DNA from: Alphaproteobacteria bacterium
Lineage (GTDB): Bacteria; Pseudomonadota; Alphaproteobacteria; Bin95
Direction of reading: 5' to 3'
Assembly: GCA_965205265.1 (NCBI GenBank)
Contig: CBDBGH010000003.1
Coordinates: forward strand, 96,001-160,000
DNA: 64,000 bases
The notes under the pieces were generated by a model. It searched no databases, was not told the origin of the DNA, and saw only the letters and a list, made by a program, of their open reading frames with translations. Positions 20,742 to 30,630 of this stretch are shown here, piece after piece. Every line of letters begins with the position of its first letter. Within the stretch, counting starts at the first letter, position 1. A program made the position numbers and the translations under genes.

Positions 20742-21160
20742 TTGACATTTGGAAATCATATGTTACATTAGGGTGGAGAAAGGGAGCGGCATCCGGAGCC
20801 GCTTCCCGCCCGCGCCGGTCCGGTGCGGAACGACCCCGATTCAGCCGACAGGCGAAGTGCGTCCGGCGCCTGCCTCGCGCGCGGGGGCGCATGCGGGCAA
20901 TCAGGCGCGCGAACCGCGCCGGCGCGAAACGCGCGCCCGCGCCGGCACAGGCGCGCGCGCAGGATACGCGCGGTAAAGGGTCCCGCTGTTCGGGCAGGCC
21001 GGGCGGCGGGAAGAACGGAACGACGACGGATGGAGAGGAAGGCCCATGCCGAAGACACGAAACCCGGGAAACCGGATGGAATACCCGGAACCGCACCTTC
21101 ATGCTCGAAAAGACAATCGCCCATGCACCATGAACATGCGGATCATGACACAACATGACA
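20742..21160 (+). repeat. Dispersed structured non-coding element, copy A (ncRNA candidate)
   Basis: 20788-21030 aligns with the reverse complement of 29715-29956; promoter TTGACA-16-TACATT; CATGACA at 21144 and 21154. Confidence 0.8.
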
Positions 21161-21250
21161 TAGTCGTGGGGTGCCCGGCATCCAACCGGCCGGAACCCGG
21201 CCGCCTGCTCGCCGATTCCTGTCCGCGAAGGTTGGTATAAGCTGTCTGCC

Positions 21251-22894
21251 ATGAGGGGCGAAGCGGTTCTCGGCGACGGGCGGGTCAGGGCGGACTGGAC
21301 GATGACGCATCTGGTCCGCGCCCGTGCCCGCGAGCACGGGCGGCGGGTGTTCGCGACCTTCGAGGGCGGGGCGGCGCTGACCTTCGCGGGCCTCGACAGC
21401 GAGTCGGACCGGTTCGCCGCCGCGCTCGCTGCCTGCGGGGTCGGCCCCGGCGAGCGGGTGATGGCGTTGCTCGGCAACGGGCCGGAAATCCTCGTCGCCT
21501 TTTTCGGCGCGATGAAGGCGGGCTGCATCATCGTGCCCATCAATACCGAGCTGAAGGGCACATTCCTGGAGCACCAGGTCGGGAATGCGGAACCGGCGAT
21601 GGTCGTGGCCGAGGCCGGCCTGCTGCGCGCGTTCGAGAGCATAGACGGATCGGCGCCGGCGCGGCTGGCCGTCGTCGGAGAGGATGCGCCCGCGGTCCCG
21701 CCGGTGCCCTTCGTCGACAGCGCGGTTTCGAGCTTCGAGGCGTTCCTTGCCGCGGGCGACGGCCATCCCGTTCCGGAGACGGCCGCCCGGCCCGGCGATA
21801 TCTGCGCAATCCTCTACACATCCGGCACGACGGGCCCCGCCAAGGGCGCGCTGATACCGCACGGCCATCTCTTCCTCATGTCCGCGTCGACCGCCCGGGC
21901 GACAGGGCTTACGGGCGACGACCTCTACTACGTGTCCATGCCGCTCTTCCACATCAACGCGCTCTGCGCGCAGACGATCGCGGCGCTGACGGTCGGTGCG
22001 CGCGTGCATGTCGTGCGTCGGTTCAGCCCCAACCGATGGCTGGACGAGGTCATCGCCTGCGGCGCGACGCATACCAACCTGCTGGGCGTCATGCCCGAGT
22101 TCCTGTTCAACACGGCCCCCACGCCGCGCGACCGCGACCATCGCCTGCGCGTGACGCTGTCGGTGCCCACCGGCCCCTGGGGCGCGGCGTTCGAGAAGCG
22201 CTTCGGCCTGCGCATCCTCCAGGGTTTCGGGATGACGGAATGCGGCATGCCGTTCTGGTGCCGGCTCTCGGAACCCGTCGAGTCCGGCTGCGCCGGTTAT
22301 GTGGAGGACCGGTGGTACGAGGCTTGCGTCGCCGATCCCGAGACGGATGCACCGCTGCCTGCGGGCGAGGTCGGCGAACTGCTGATCCGCCCGAAAATGC
22401 CCGGCTGCTTCTTCGCCGGCTACTACCGGATGCCGGAGCGCACCGTCGAGGCCTGGCGCAATCTCTGGTTCCACACCGGCGACGCCGCGCGGTTCGACGA
22501 GCGCGGGCGCCTGCACTATGTGGACCGACTCAAGGACTGTATCCGCCGGCGCGGCGAGAACATTTCGGCCTTCGAGGTCGAGCAGGTGCTGAATGCGCAC
22601 CCCGCCATCGCCGAAAGCGCCGTGATCGGCGTCCGGGTGGAGGGCGCGGGCGGCGAGGAGGAGGTGCTGGCGCTGCTGCTGCCGGAGAACGGCGCGCGGT
22701 TGGAGCCCTCGGAGCTGCTGGACTGGTGCGTGCCCCGCATGCCGCGCTACGCCGTGCCGCGTTTCGTGGATTTCGTCGGCGGTTTCGAGAAGACTGCATC
22801 CGGCAAGCTGCGCAAGGGCGAGTTCCGCGACGCCGGCCTGCCGCCCGGCGCCTGGGACCGGGAACAGGCCGGCTACACCATCGCCCGGCAATAG
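21251..22894 (+). CDS. AMP-binding acyl-CoA ligase (CaiC-like)
   Basis: YTSGTTGPAKG, GFGMTE, WFHTGD, RRRGENIS; start could be the ATG at 21302. Confidence 0.92.
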   Translation: MRGEAVLGDGRVRADWTMTHLVRARAREHGRRVFATFEGGAALTFAGLDSESDRFAAALAACGVGPGERVMALLGNGPEILVAFFGAMKAGCIIVPINTELKGTFLEHQVGNAEPAMVVAEAGLLRAFESIDGSAPARLAVVGEDAPAVPPVPFVDSAVSSFEAFLAAGDGHPVPETAARPGDICAILYTSGTTGPAKGALIPHGHLFLMSASTARATGLTGDDLYYVSMPLFHINALCAQTIAALTVGARVHVVRRFSPNRWLDEVIACGATHTNLLGVMPEFLFNTAPTPRDRDHRLRVTLSVPTGPWGAAFEKRFGLRILQGFGMTECGMPFWCRLSEPVESGCAGYVEDRWYEACVADPETDAPLPAGEVGELLIRPKMPGCFFAGYYRMPERTVEAWRNLWFHTGDAARFDERGRLHYVDRLKDCIRRRGENISAFEVEQVLNAHPAIAESAVIGVRVEGAGGEEEVLALLLPENGARLEPSELLDWCVPRMPRYAVPRFVDFVGGFEKTASGKLRKGEFRDAGLPPGAWDREQAGYTIARQ

Positions 22895-22920
22895 GGCGGG
22901 CCAAGGGAGGGTTGAGGACC

Positions 22921-24513
22921 ATGCAAGCCGATTATGTGATCGTGGGGGCGGGGTCCGCCGGATGCGTGCTCGCCGAGCGGCTGAGCGCGGGCGGCGCGGA
23001 AGTCGTGCTGCTGGAAGCGGGCGGCAAGGATACGAACCCGCTGATCCATGTCCCGGCGGGCGTGCTCAAGCTGATTACCCATCCGGTCGTCAACTGGAAC
23101 TACTACACCGAGCCGGACGAGAAGACAGGCGGGCGGTCGCTGCATTGCCCGCGCGGCAAGGTGCTGGGCGGGTCGTCCTCGATCAACGGCATGCTGTTCA
23201 TCCGCGGCAATGCCGCCGACTACGACAACTGGGCGCAACTGGGCGCGCGCGGCTGGTCCTACGATGACGTGAAGCAGCACTTCAGGAGCATCGAGCGCTA
23301 CGGGCCGGGCGATCCCGGCGAGCGCGGCAAGTCGGGCCCGATCCTGGTCGAGGACTACCGGACGATCCTGCCGCTCACGCACCGCTTCGTCGAGGCGGCC
23401 CAGCAGGCGGGCCACCCCTTTTCGAGGGATCTGAGCGGCCGGCCGCCGGCGGAGGGCGTGGGCTATTCGCAGATGTCGCGCAACGGGCGCTTCCGGGGTT
23501 CCACGGCGCGCACCTTCCTGCGCGATGCGCGCGGGCGGACCAATCTGCGCGTCGTGACCGACGCCTATGCGACCGGGCTTGCCTTCGACGGCAGGCGCTG
23601 CACGGGCGTCGCCTTCCGGCAGCGGGGCAGGGACCGACAGGTGACGGCGGCGCGCGAGGTGATCGTTTCGGGCGGCACCGTCAACTCGCCGCATCTCCTG
23701 CATATCTCCGGCATCGGCCCGGCGGAGCGGCTCAGGGAGATCGGCATCGAGGTCCGCCACGACCTGCCGGGCGTCGGCGCGAACTATTCGGACCACTACA
23801 CCGTGCGCATCTCGCACCGGGTGCGCGGCCAGCAGTCGATCAACCGACTTGCGCGCGGCTGGCGTCTGGCGCGCGAGATGGCGCGGTTTGCGCTGTTCGG
23901 CAACGGCGCGCTCACCTTCGGCGTCTCCAGCGCGCAATGCTACACGCGCTCGCGCGAGGGGCTGGCCTCGCCCGATATCCAGCTCCTGTTCACGCCGGCG
24001 AGCTTCGACGAGAACGAGTTCGGCGCGCTGGAGCGCGAGCCCGGCATGTCGGTCGCGGTCTCGATCGCGCGCCCCTCCTCGCGCGGGGAAATCATGGCGG
24101 TGTCCTCAGATCCCTTCGAGCGGCCGGCGATCCGCCCCAATTTCCTCGACGACCCGGACGACATGCGCGTCGCGCTGGAGGGCATCCGCCAGACGCGGGA
24201 AATCCTCGCCCAGCCGGCCTTCGAGGGTGTCACCCAGGGGGAGGTATCGCCGGGGCCGGAGGTGGACGGCCAGGAGGCGCTTGAGGACTTCGTGCGCCAG
24301 ACCGGGCGGACGATCTACCACATGGTCGGCACCTGCCGGATGGGCGAGGACCCGATGGCGGTGGTCGATTCGCGCCTGCGCGTGCGCGGGCTGGAAGGGC
24401 TCCGCGTGATCGACGCCTCGGTCATGCCCGCCGTCACCACCGCCAACACCAACGCCCCCACCATCATGATCGCCGAAAAGGGTGCGGGGATGATTCTGGA
24501 GGATAATCGTTAG
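22921..24513 (+). CDS. GMC oxidoreductase (choline dehydrogenase-like)
   Basis: [35 protein letters not shown]. Confidence 0.93.
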   Translation: MQADYVIVGAGSAGCVLAERLSAGGAEVVLLEAGGKDTNPLIHVPAGVLKLITHPVVNWNYYTEPDEKTGGRSLHCPRGKVLGGSSSINGMLFIRGNAADYDNWAQLGARGWSYDDVKQHFRSIERYGPGDPGERGKSGPILVEDYRTILPLTHRFVEAAQQAGHPFSRDLSGRPPAEGVGYSQMSRNGRFRGSTARTFLRDARGRTNLRVVTDAYATGLAFDGRRCTGVAFRQRGRDRQVTAAREVIVSGGTVNSPHLLHISGIGPAERLREIGIEVRHDLPGVGANYSDHYTVRISHRVRGQQSINRLARGWRLAREMARFALFGNGALTFGVSSAQCYTRSREGLASPDIQLLFTPASFDENEFGALEREPGMSVAVSIARPSSRGEIMAVSSDPFERPAIRPNFLDDPDDMRVALEGIRQTREILAQPAFEGVTQGEVSPGPEVDGQEALEDFVRQTGRTIYHMVGTCRMGEDPMAVVDSRLRVRGLEGLRVIDASVMPAVTTANTNAPTIMIAEKGAGMILEDNR

Positions 24514-24519
24514 GGCGGG

Positions 24520-25878
24520 CTAACCTCCGTCGGGATGCCCGGACGCCCTGTCGGTCGCGAAGGCGAGCGCCAGGGCGGCCAGGACCGGCACGGCAGCGGA
24601 GCCGAGGAACACGGCGGCGAAGGCGTAGAGGAACCCGCTGCCGACGGTGTTGAAGGCGAGCATCAGCCCGGTTGCGCCCAGCACCACGCCGAGCGTGCGC
24701 GTCATCATGACGAGGCTGCCGGCCACGCCCCGGTCCGCCAGCGGCAGGCTCGCGCTCGCGACCTCCAGATAGGCGACCTGGAAGATGCCGAGCCCTGCGC
24801 CGTGGAGCAGCAGTGCGCCCGCGACGAAGGCCATGCCGGGCGCCGCGCCCCAGAGGCCGATGCCGGCAAGCCCGACCGCCACCGCGAGCGCGCCCGCCGC
24901 CGCAATCGACCTGCCGTCGCGGCGCTGCGCCCACCGCCCGGCGAAGGGCGAGGCGAGCGCCATGCCGAGCGGCGAGAGGGCGAGCAGGGCGCCCGCGGTC
25001 AGCACGTCCAGCCCGGCCACCCGGTCAAGCCAGAAGGGCACGAGCAGCATCACCGCGAAGCCGACCAGATTGACCGCGATATTGCTCGCCGCCGGTATGG
25101 AGAAGCCCGGCCGGCGGAAGGGCGCCAGGCGGATGATGGGCGAGGGATGGCTGCGGAGCGCGAACCAGGCCCCGGCGGCGAGCGCCGCCAGCAGCAGGGC
25201 TGCGCCGAACCAGCCGCCGCTCGCCGCCCGGTTGATGCCGAGCAGGAGGCAGCCGAGCGCGAGGACCAGCAGCAGGGCGCCCACCGCGTCGAACCGGGGC
25301 ACGCCTCCGCCTGCGGCGGCCGCGGGCGGCGCGCGGAACAGTAGCAGGGCGGCGAGCGCGATCGGGGCGCGGAACCAGAACACGCCGGCCCAGCCCATCG
25401 CGTCCACCAGCAGGCCGCCGAGCGAGGGGCCGACGGCGCCGCCGAGCGCGAACAGCAGCGTGTAGGCGCCGAGCACCCGCGCGCGGGAGGATTCCGGGAA
25501 ATAGGCCGTCGCCAGCGCCGGGCCGACGGCGAGCACCATCGCGGTGCCGACGCCCTGGGCGACGCGCGCCGCGAGCAGGATTTCGAAGGCGGGCGCGAGC
25601 GCGCAGGCGATGAAGGCCGCCACGCTCCAGGCAAGCCCGATGCGGAAGAGCCGCGCATGGCCGAATAGGTCGCCGAGGCGCCCGCAGACCAGCATCAGGC
25701 TCGCATAGGTCAGCACGTAGCAGATGACGACCCACTGGATGTCGCCGAGCTCGATGCCGAGGCTGCGGACGATGTCGGGGAAGGCGATGTTGACGGCCGT
25801 GTCGAGCGAGCCGATGGCCGTGCCGAGGCCGACGACGGTGACGCCGAGCGCCGGCCGCATGCCGGGAGCCGTCGTCAT
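24520..25878 (-). CDS. MFS transporter (DHA2-like)
   Basis: Many hydrophobic helices; GRLGDLFGH, ARVAQGVG. Confidence 0.9.
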   Translation of the reverse strand: MTTAPGMRPALGVTVVGLGTAIGSLDTAVNIAFPDIVRSLGIELGDIQWVVICYVLTYASLMLVCGRLGDLFGHARLFRIGLAWSVAAFIACALAPAFEILLAARVAQGVGTAMVLAVGPALATAYFPESSRARVLGAYTLLFALGGAVGPSLGGLLVDAMGWAGVFWFRAPIALAALLLFRAPPAAAAGGGVPRFDAVGALLLVLALGCLLLGINRAASGGWFGAALLLAALAAGAWFALRSHPSPIIRLAPFRRPGFSIPAASNIAVNLVGFAVMLLVPFWLDRVAGLDVLTAGALLALSPLGMALASPFAGRWAQRRDGRSIAAAGALAVAVGLAGIGLWGAAPGMAFVAGALLLHGAGLGIFQVAYLEVASASLPLADRGVAGSLVMMTRTLGVVLGATGLMLAFNTVGSGFLYAFAAVFLGSAAVPVLAALALAFATDRASGHPDGG

Positions 25879-25905
25879 CGCACCGCGTGTCCCTTCGGAC
25901 CCGGC

Positions 25906-26991
25906 CTAGCGGAACTTCGGCATGATCTCTTCGGCGAACCGGCGGAAATTGCGCCGGTCCACGGCCTTGGGCGGCAGCAGCACGATCTCCCGGCAGCCGG
26001 CGGCCTCCATCGCCCGGATGCGCTCGACGATCAGGTCCGGCTCGCCGACCAACCCGCCCGTCGCCTGCACCGTGGCGGGCGTAACGAAGCGGTGCTCCGC
26101 CTCCGGCAGATAGGAGCAATGGCCCCGGTGGACGCGGAGATGCATCCGGTCGTCGGGGATGCCGAGGTCCTTCAGGAAGCGGTTGTAGAGCTCCCAGTCG
26201 TCGCGGGCGTAGTCGGGGACGAAACCGTCATGGCCGACGATGCGCGCATGCTCCCACCAGTAGTGCAGGGTCGCGCCCACCTGCGCGCCGATTTCCTCGA
26301 CGATATGCGGGTCGCTCACCTTCTCGCCGGGCTTCATCGCGCAGTAGAAGGTGAGCGTCGAGGCGTGGAAGTCCTCCGGCAGCCTGCGGCCCGCCTTGTC
26401 CGCGCCGGCCTTCACCCGGTCGAGATTGCGCACCATGACGCCGAGCGGCTCCGCGCCCGCGCAGATGCGCCCGTCGCCGAGCTCGCCCGCGATCTCCAGC
26501 GCCCGCGGCCCGTTGGCGGCGACATGGATCGGCACCGGCGGCTCGAAGCCGATGAAGCCCATCTCCCGGTTCTGGAACCGGATCGGCCGCGTCACGCCGT
26601 CATGGGTGAATTCGACCTCCTCGCCGTGGAGGAGCCCGCGCACGACGCGGAGATACTCCCGGAAGGCGGCGGGCTTCATCGGCTTCAGGCCCATGATGCG
26701 CATGGCGGTGTGGCCCGTGCCGATGCCGAGAAAGGCGCGGCCGGGCGCCAGGCGGTTGACGGACGCGATCGAATGCGCCGTCACCGGGGCGAGCCGCGTG
26801 CCCGGTATCGCGACGCCGGTGCCGAGGCGGATGCGCGAGGTGTTGGCGGCCGCCAGCGCCAGCACGGCGTAGCAGTCCGACCAGATCATCTGGCTGTCCG
26901 GCGCCCAGCCTGAGTCGTAGCCGAGCTCCTCGACGAGCTGCAGCGTCTGCCACTCGTCGATCTTGGTGTTGACCATCGCGCCGAACTGCAT
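25906..26991 (-). CDS. LLM class flavin-dependent oxidoreductase
   Basis: PDSQMIW, RIRLGTGV, AANGPRAL. Confidence 0.9.
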   Translation of the reverse strand: MQFGAMVNTKIDEWQTLQLVEELGYDSGWAPDSQMIWSDCYAVLALAAANTSRIRLGTGVAIPGTRLAPVTAHSIASVNRLAPGRAFLGIGTGHTAMRIMGLKPMKPAAFREYLRVVRGLLHGEEVEFTHDGVTRPIRFQNREMGFIGFEPPVPIHVAANGPRALEIAGELGDGRICAGAEPLGVMVRNLDRVKAGADKAGRRLPEDFHASTLTFYCAMKPGEKVSDPHIVEEIGAQVGATLHYWWEHARIVGHDGFVPDYARDDWELYNRFLKDLGIPDDRMHLRVHRGHCSYLPEAEHRFVTPATVQATGGLVGEPDLIVERIRAMEAAGCREIVLLPPKAVDRRNFRRFAEEIMPKFR

Positions 26992-27118
26992 GGGGGCTTC
27001 CTTCCATCGGACGGCGGGGACTATAGCGCGCCGTTGCCGGCGCGGCGGAATTCCGGTTTCTTCGGGGCCCGTATATCCTTGTGCGACGAACGGCTCCCGG
27101 AGGCGGAGGGACGGACCG

Positions 27119-28258
27119 ATGGCGATTGCCGAGCCCGCATTCACCCTGGGCGTGGAGGAAGAATATCTCCTGGTCGATGCGGAGACGGGCGCGCTCGCTT
27201 CCGACCCGCCGGAGGGCCTGATCGACGAATGCGTGAGCGCGCTCGGCGACCAAGTGACGAATGAGTTCCTCCAGGCCCAGGTCGAGATCGGCACGAAGGT
27301 GTGCGGGGATATCGGCGGGGTGCGGGCGGAGCTGCGCCGGCTCAGGAGCGGCGTCGCGCGGGCCTGCGGCAATCACGGCCTCGCCCCGGTCGCGGCCTCG
27401 ACGCACCCGTTCGGCGACTGGCGCCAGCAGGACTATGTCCACAAGGAGCGCTATGAGGGCCTCGCCCATGACATGCAGGCCGTGGCCTACCGCATGCTCA
27501 TCTGCGGCATGCACGTCCATGTCGGCATAGAGGACGAGGAGCTGCGGATCGACCTGATGAATCAGGCCCGCTACTTCCTGCCGCACCTGCTCTGCCTGAC
27601 GGCCTCCTCGCCCTTCTGGCAGGGGCAGGATACGGGGCTGGCGTCCTACCGGCTGACGGTGTTCGACGCCATGCCGCGCACCGGCCTGCCGGAGCCGCTG
27701 GTGAGCTGGAGCGAATACCAGCGGCTGATCGAACACATGACGAGCTCGGGCCTGCTGGAGGACGGCTCCAAGATCTGGTGGGACCTCCGCCCGAGCTCGC
27801 GCTTCCCGACGCTGGAAATGCGCATCTGCGACGTCTGCCCCGACATGGAGGACGCGCTCACCGTCGCCGCGCTCTTCCAGTGCATCCTGCGCATGCTCTA
27901 CCGCCTGCGGCTCTCCAACCAGCGCTGGCGCGACTACCCCAACATGCTCATCCAGGAGAACCGCTGGCTGGCGCAGCGCTACGGCAGCCGCAGCCGGCTG
28001 GTCGATTTCGGCAAGCGCGCGCTCGTCCCCTTCGCCGACCTTGTGGAGGAGGTGCTGGAGCTGGTGCGCGAGGACGCCGACGCGCTCGGCTGCACCGCGG
28101 AGGTGGAGCGCGCGCGCCGGATCGCGGCCCGCGGCACCTCGGCCGAGCGCCAGCGCGCCGCCTATGCGGCCGCCGGCGGCGATGCCGACAGCGATGCGGC
28201 GCTCCGCGCGGTGGTGCGCGCGCTGGCGGCGGAAACGGTGAGCGGCCTCGACGGCTGA
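27119..28258 (+). CDS. Carboxylate-amine ligase (YbdK / GCS2 family)
   Basis: FTLGVEEEY, GMHVHVG, WWDLRP, TLEMRICD. Confidence 0.92.
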   Translation: MAIAEPAFTLGVEEEYLLVDAETGALASDPPEGLIDECVSALGDQVTNEFLQAQVEIGTKVCGDIGGVRAELRRLRSGVARACGNHGLAPVAASTHPFGDWRQQDYVHKERYEGLAHDMQAVAYRMLICGMHVHVGIEDEELRIDLMNQARYFLPHLLCLTASSPFWQGQDTGLASYRLTVFDAMPRTGLPEPLVSWSEYQRLIEHMTSSGLLEDGSKIWWDLRPSSRFPTLEMRICDVCPDMEDALTVAALFQCILRMLYRLRLSNQRWRDYPNMLIQENRWLAQRYGSRSRLVDFGKRALVPFADLVEEVLELVREDADALGCTAEVERARRIAARGTSAERQRAAYAAAGGDADSDAALRAVVRALAAETVSGLDG

Positions 28259-28294
28259 TATAGTCGCCACCGACCGCAAGGAGCCCGGTCCCCC

Positions 28295-29341
28295 ATGCGC
28301 ATCCCCGCCGGCCTCGTCCTCGCCGCCCTCATCGCGCTTGCCGCCGCGCCCGCGCCCGCCGCCGATGCCGGCCCCGACCCGTTCTGGCGTAAGGCCTGGC
28401 CGAACACGGATTTCAGCCGCCATTCCGTGCCGTTCGAGGAGATCGCGTCGGGCGGCGTCGCGCGCGACCAGATCCCGCCCATCGACGATCCGGTCTTCGT
28501 CTCCGTGGCGGAGGCGGAGAAGCTGATCGCGCCGACCGAGCCGGTGATTTCGCTGGCGGTGGACGGCGCGCGCCGCGCCTATCCGCTGGCGATCCTGATC
28601 TGGCACGAGATCGTGAACGACACCATTGCCGGCAAGCCCGTGGCGGTCACCTACTGCCCGCTCTGCGATGCGGCGCTGGTGTTCGACCGGCGGGTCGCGG
28701 GCCGGGTGCTCGATTTCGGCACGACGGGGCTCTTGCGCTTCTCCGACCTCGTGATGTGGGACCGGCAGACGGAAAGCTGGTGGCAGCAGTTCCTGGGCGA
28801 GGCGATGGTGGGCGAGCTGACGGGCGAGCGGCTGACCATGCTGCCCTCGCGCGTCGAGAGCTTCGCGCGCTTCGCCGCCGCCGCGCCGGACGGCGAGGTG
28901 CTGATGCCGAACGACAACACGCTGCGCAGCTACGGCTCGAACCCCTATGCCGGCTATGACGGCGCGCACTGGCCGTTCCTCTACCGGGGCGCCTATCCGC
29001 TGGCGGCGGTGCCGCCGCTGGCGCGCGTCGCCATGGTCGGCAGGCAGGCCTGGACGGTGGAGCTGCTCAAGCAGGAGAAGCGCATCGAGGCGGGCGACCT
29101 CGTGCTGGAATGGGCGCCCGGCCAGAACTCGGCGCTCGACAAGGGGGTGATCCGCGAGGGCCGCGACATCGGCAATGTCACCGTGCGGCGCCGCGCGGCG
29201 GACGGAAGCCTGGTCGATGCCGTCCATGACGTCACCTTCGCCTTCGCCTTCCTCGCCTTCGTGCCGGACGGCGTCATCCGCACCGTCTGCGGCCCGCATG
29301 TGAAGCAGGAAAACCTGCCGGAGAACCTCGCCTGCGGGTAG
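28295..29341 (+). CDS. Secreted DUF3179-like protein
   Basis: Signal peptide; IPPIDDP, WHEIVND, TYCPLC, DRQTESWWQQ. Confidence 0.8.
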   Translation: MRIPAGLVLAALIALAAAPAPAADAGPDPFWRKAWPNTDFSRHSVPFEEIASGGVARDQIPPIDDPVFVSVAEAEKLIAPTEPVISLAVDGARRAYPLAILIWHEIVNDTIAGKPVAVTYCPLCDAALVFDRRVAGRVLDFGTTGLLRFSDLVMWDRQTESWWQQFLGEAMVGELTGERLTMLPSRVESFARFAAAAPDGEVLMPNDNTLRSYGSNPYAGYDGAHWPFLYRGAYPLAAVPPLARVAMVGRQAWTVELLKQEKRIEAGDLVLEWAPGQNSALDKGVIREGRDIGNVTVRRRAADGSLVDAVHDVTFAFAFLAFVPDGVIRTVCGPHVKQENLPENLACG

Positions 29342-29356
29342 CGGCCGGCGGCCCGC

Positions 29357-29427
29357 GGTTAGTGGATAGTGGCCGGTGGATAGCGTTTCTGCCGGCCTGC
29401 ATATCCACTGTCCGCTATTCGCTAACC
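29357..29427. repeat. Imperfect 26-bp hairpin built from 7-bp units
   Basis: GGTTAGTGGATAGTGGCCGGTGGATA ... TATCCACTGTCCGCTATTCGCTAACC. Confidence 0.65.
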
Positions 29428-29461
29428 ACCGATCGCTGGCCACCGGCCTCCCCTTCGCCTG

Positions 29462-30010
29462 TGTCATGAGATGTCATGATGTGTCATGAGGCGCGCCGGG
29501 CCTCCCCCGCAATGTGTCATGGGATGTCATGTTTTGCATGCGGACGGCGCATAGCCTGTAACCGTTTCGGGCATGGGGCCGCCCTTCCCGGAATCCCCCG
29601 CCTTCGCCCGGCCGGGGCGGAAGCGGGCCCTCACCCGGCCTCTCCCGCGAGCGGGAGAGGAGAGTTTGAGCCTCCTGCCTGCCTCCTGCATGTCGTTCCT
29701 CCATCGCGTTTCGTTCCCTCGTCGCTCCGTTCTCCCCGCCGCCGTGTTTGGCGCGGCGGGACCCTGATTCGCGCGTAATGCGCGCCCGCGCCCCCGCGCC
29801 CGTGGGCGCGCGTTTCGCGCCGGCGCGGTTTGCGCGCCTGATTGCCCGGGTGCGCCCGCGCGCGCGAGCCGGACGCAGGGCGCACCTCGCCCGCTGGCCG
29901 AATCGGGGGCTTTTCCGCGCCGGCGCCGACGCGGGGGGAAGCGGCCTCCGGATGCCTCTTCCCCCATGTTTGTTCCTGATTTATTCTAACATGGCTTGGC
30001 CGAAACGCAA
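29462..30010 (-). repeat. Dispersed structured non-coding element, copy B (ncRNA candidate)
   Basis: Homologous to copy A; promoter TTGCGT-16-TAGAAT; five CATGACA boxes (+ strand TGTCATG at 29462, 29472, 29482, 29515, 29525). Confidence 0.8.
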
Positions 30011-30110
30011 GTCTATCGAACCAATTTTTCCTGTTTTCCTGTCATGAGGTTGACATTGAAAGAAAAATTACCGAGTGCCGTATCCATCCTTCCCCGTCCA
30101 GCCGCCCCGC

Positions 30111-30250
30111 TTACGGGCGGCCGGCTTCTTCAAGGTCCGCAAGCATCTCTTCGACGGTGGCGAAGCGCGCCCTGCCGGCCTTCACGATGTCATCGGCCTC
30201 GACCATGGCCGCACGGGTCCCGGCGCCGAGTTGCACATAGAGCGGAGAAT
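30111..30250 (-). pseudogene. RelB/DinJ-like antitoxin C-terminal remnant (second copy at 32595-32734)
   Basis: GTRAAMVEADDIVKAGRARFATVEEMLADLEEAGRP*; no clear N-terminus. Confidence 0.5.
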
Positions 30251-30287
30251 GCGGCAGGCGGTAGTCGCCACCTGACAGACCAGTGTT

Positions 30288-30626
30288 TCAGTCGAACAGG
30301 TCACCAGTGGTATCGACTGTTGGCCACCTTCGTTGATATCGGACTTCCTCGTAGCGATCCCGTGCTAACGCTCTGGCGTGTTGTGCCAGCCGTGCATCAT
30401 GCATCCATCGCGCTTTCCGGTTCTCTTCGAACAATCCCTTCATGGTCAACTTCGCGCCCTTTCGACCATTGCAGGGCCGACAAAGCAGGACACGGTTGGA
30501 AATGTCGTTCTCGCCGCCATCCGCACGAGGCTGGATGTGATCAAGCTCCATGAAGGGCGTCTCCAGCTCCCGGCCGCATCCAGCGCACAAGATAAGGCCC
30601 TCGGTAATGCTCTGCGCCTCGGTCAA
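30288..30626 (-). pseudogene. Duplicated 3' end (HNH domain) of the MTase-HNH gene
   Basis: Same peptide as the C-terminus of 32772-34517; lies within the direct repeat. Confidence 0.85.
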
Positions 30627-30630
30627 CTCT

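Larger units (their letters stand above)
30063..30630 (+). repeat. Left copy of the long direct repeat flanking IS1634
   Basis: Appears identical to 32547-33114 by reading; the ORF track gives matching peptides at offset 2484. Confidence 0.95.

Noticed and set aside
21046-21240. Small ORF with RBS inside element copy A (and the ORF ending at 29527 in copy B)
   Set aside because: The peptides in the two copies are not homologous although the upstream DNA is, so the element is treated as non-coding; a leader peptide is not excluded.
20742-30010. Copies A and B as terminal inverted repeats of one 9-kb composite transposon
   Set aside because: The copies are diverged, I saw no TSD or internal transposase, and the enclosed genes look like ordinary host-GC metabolic genes.
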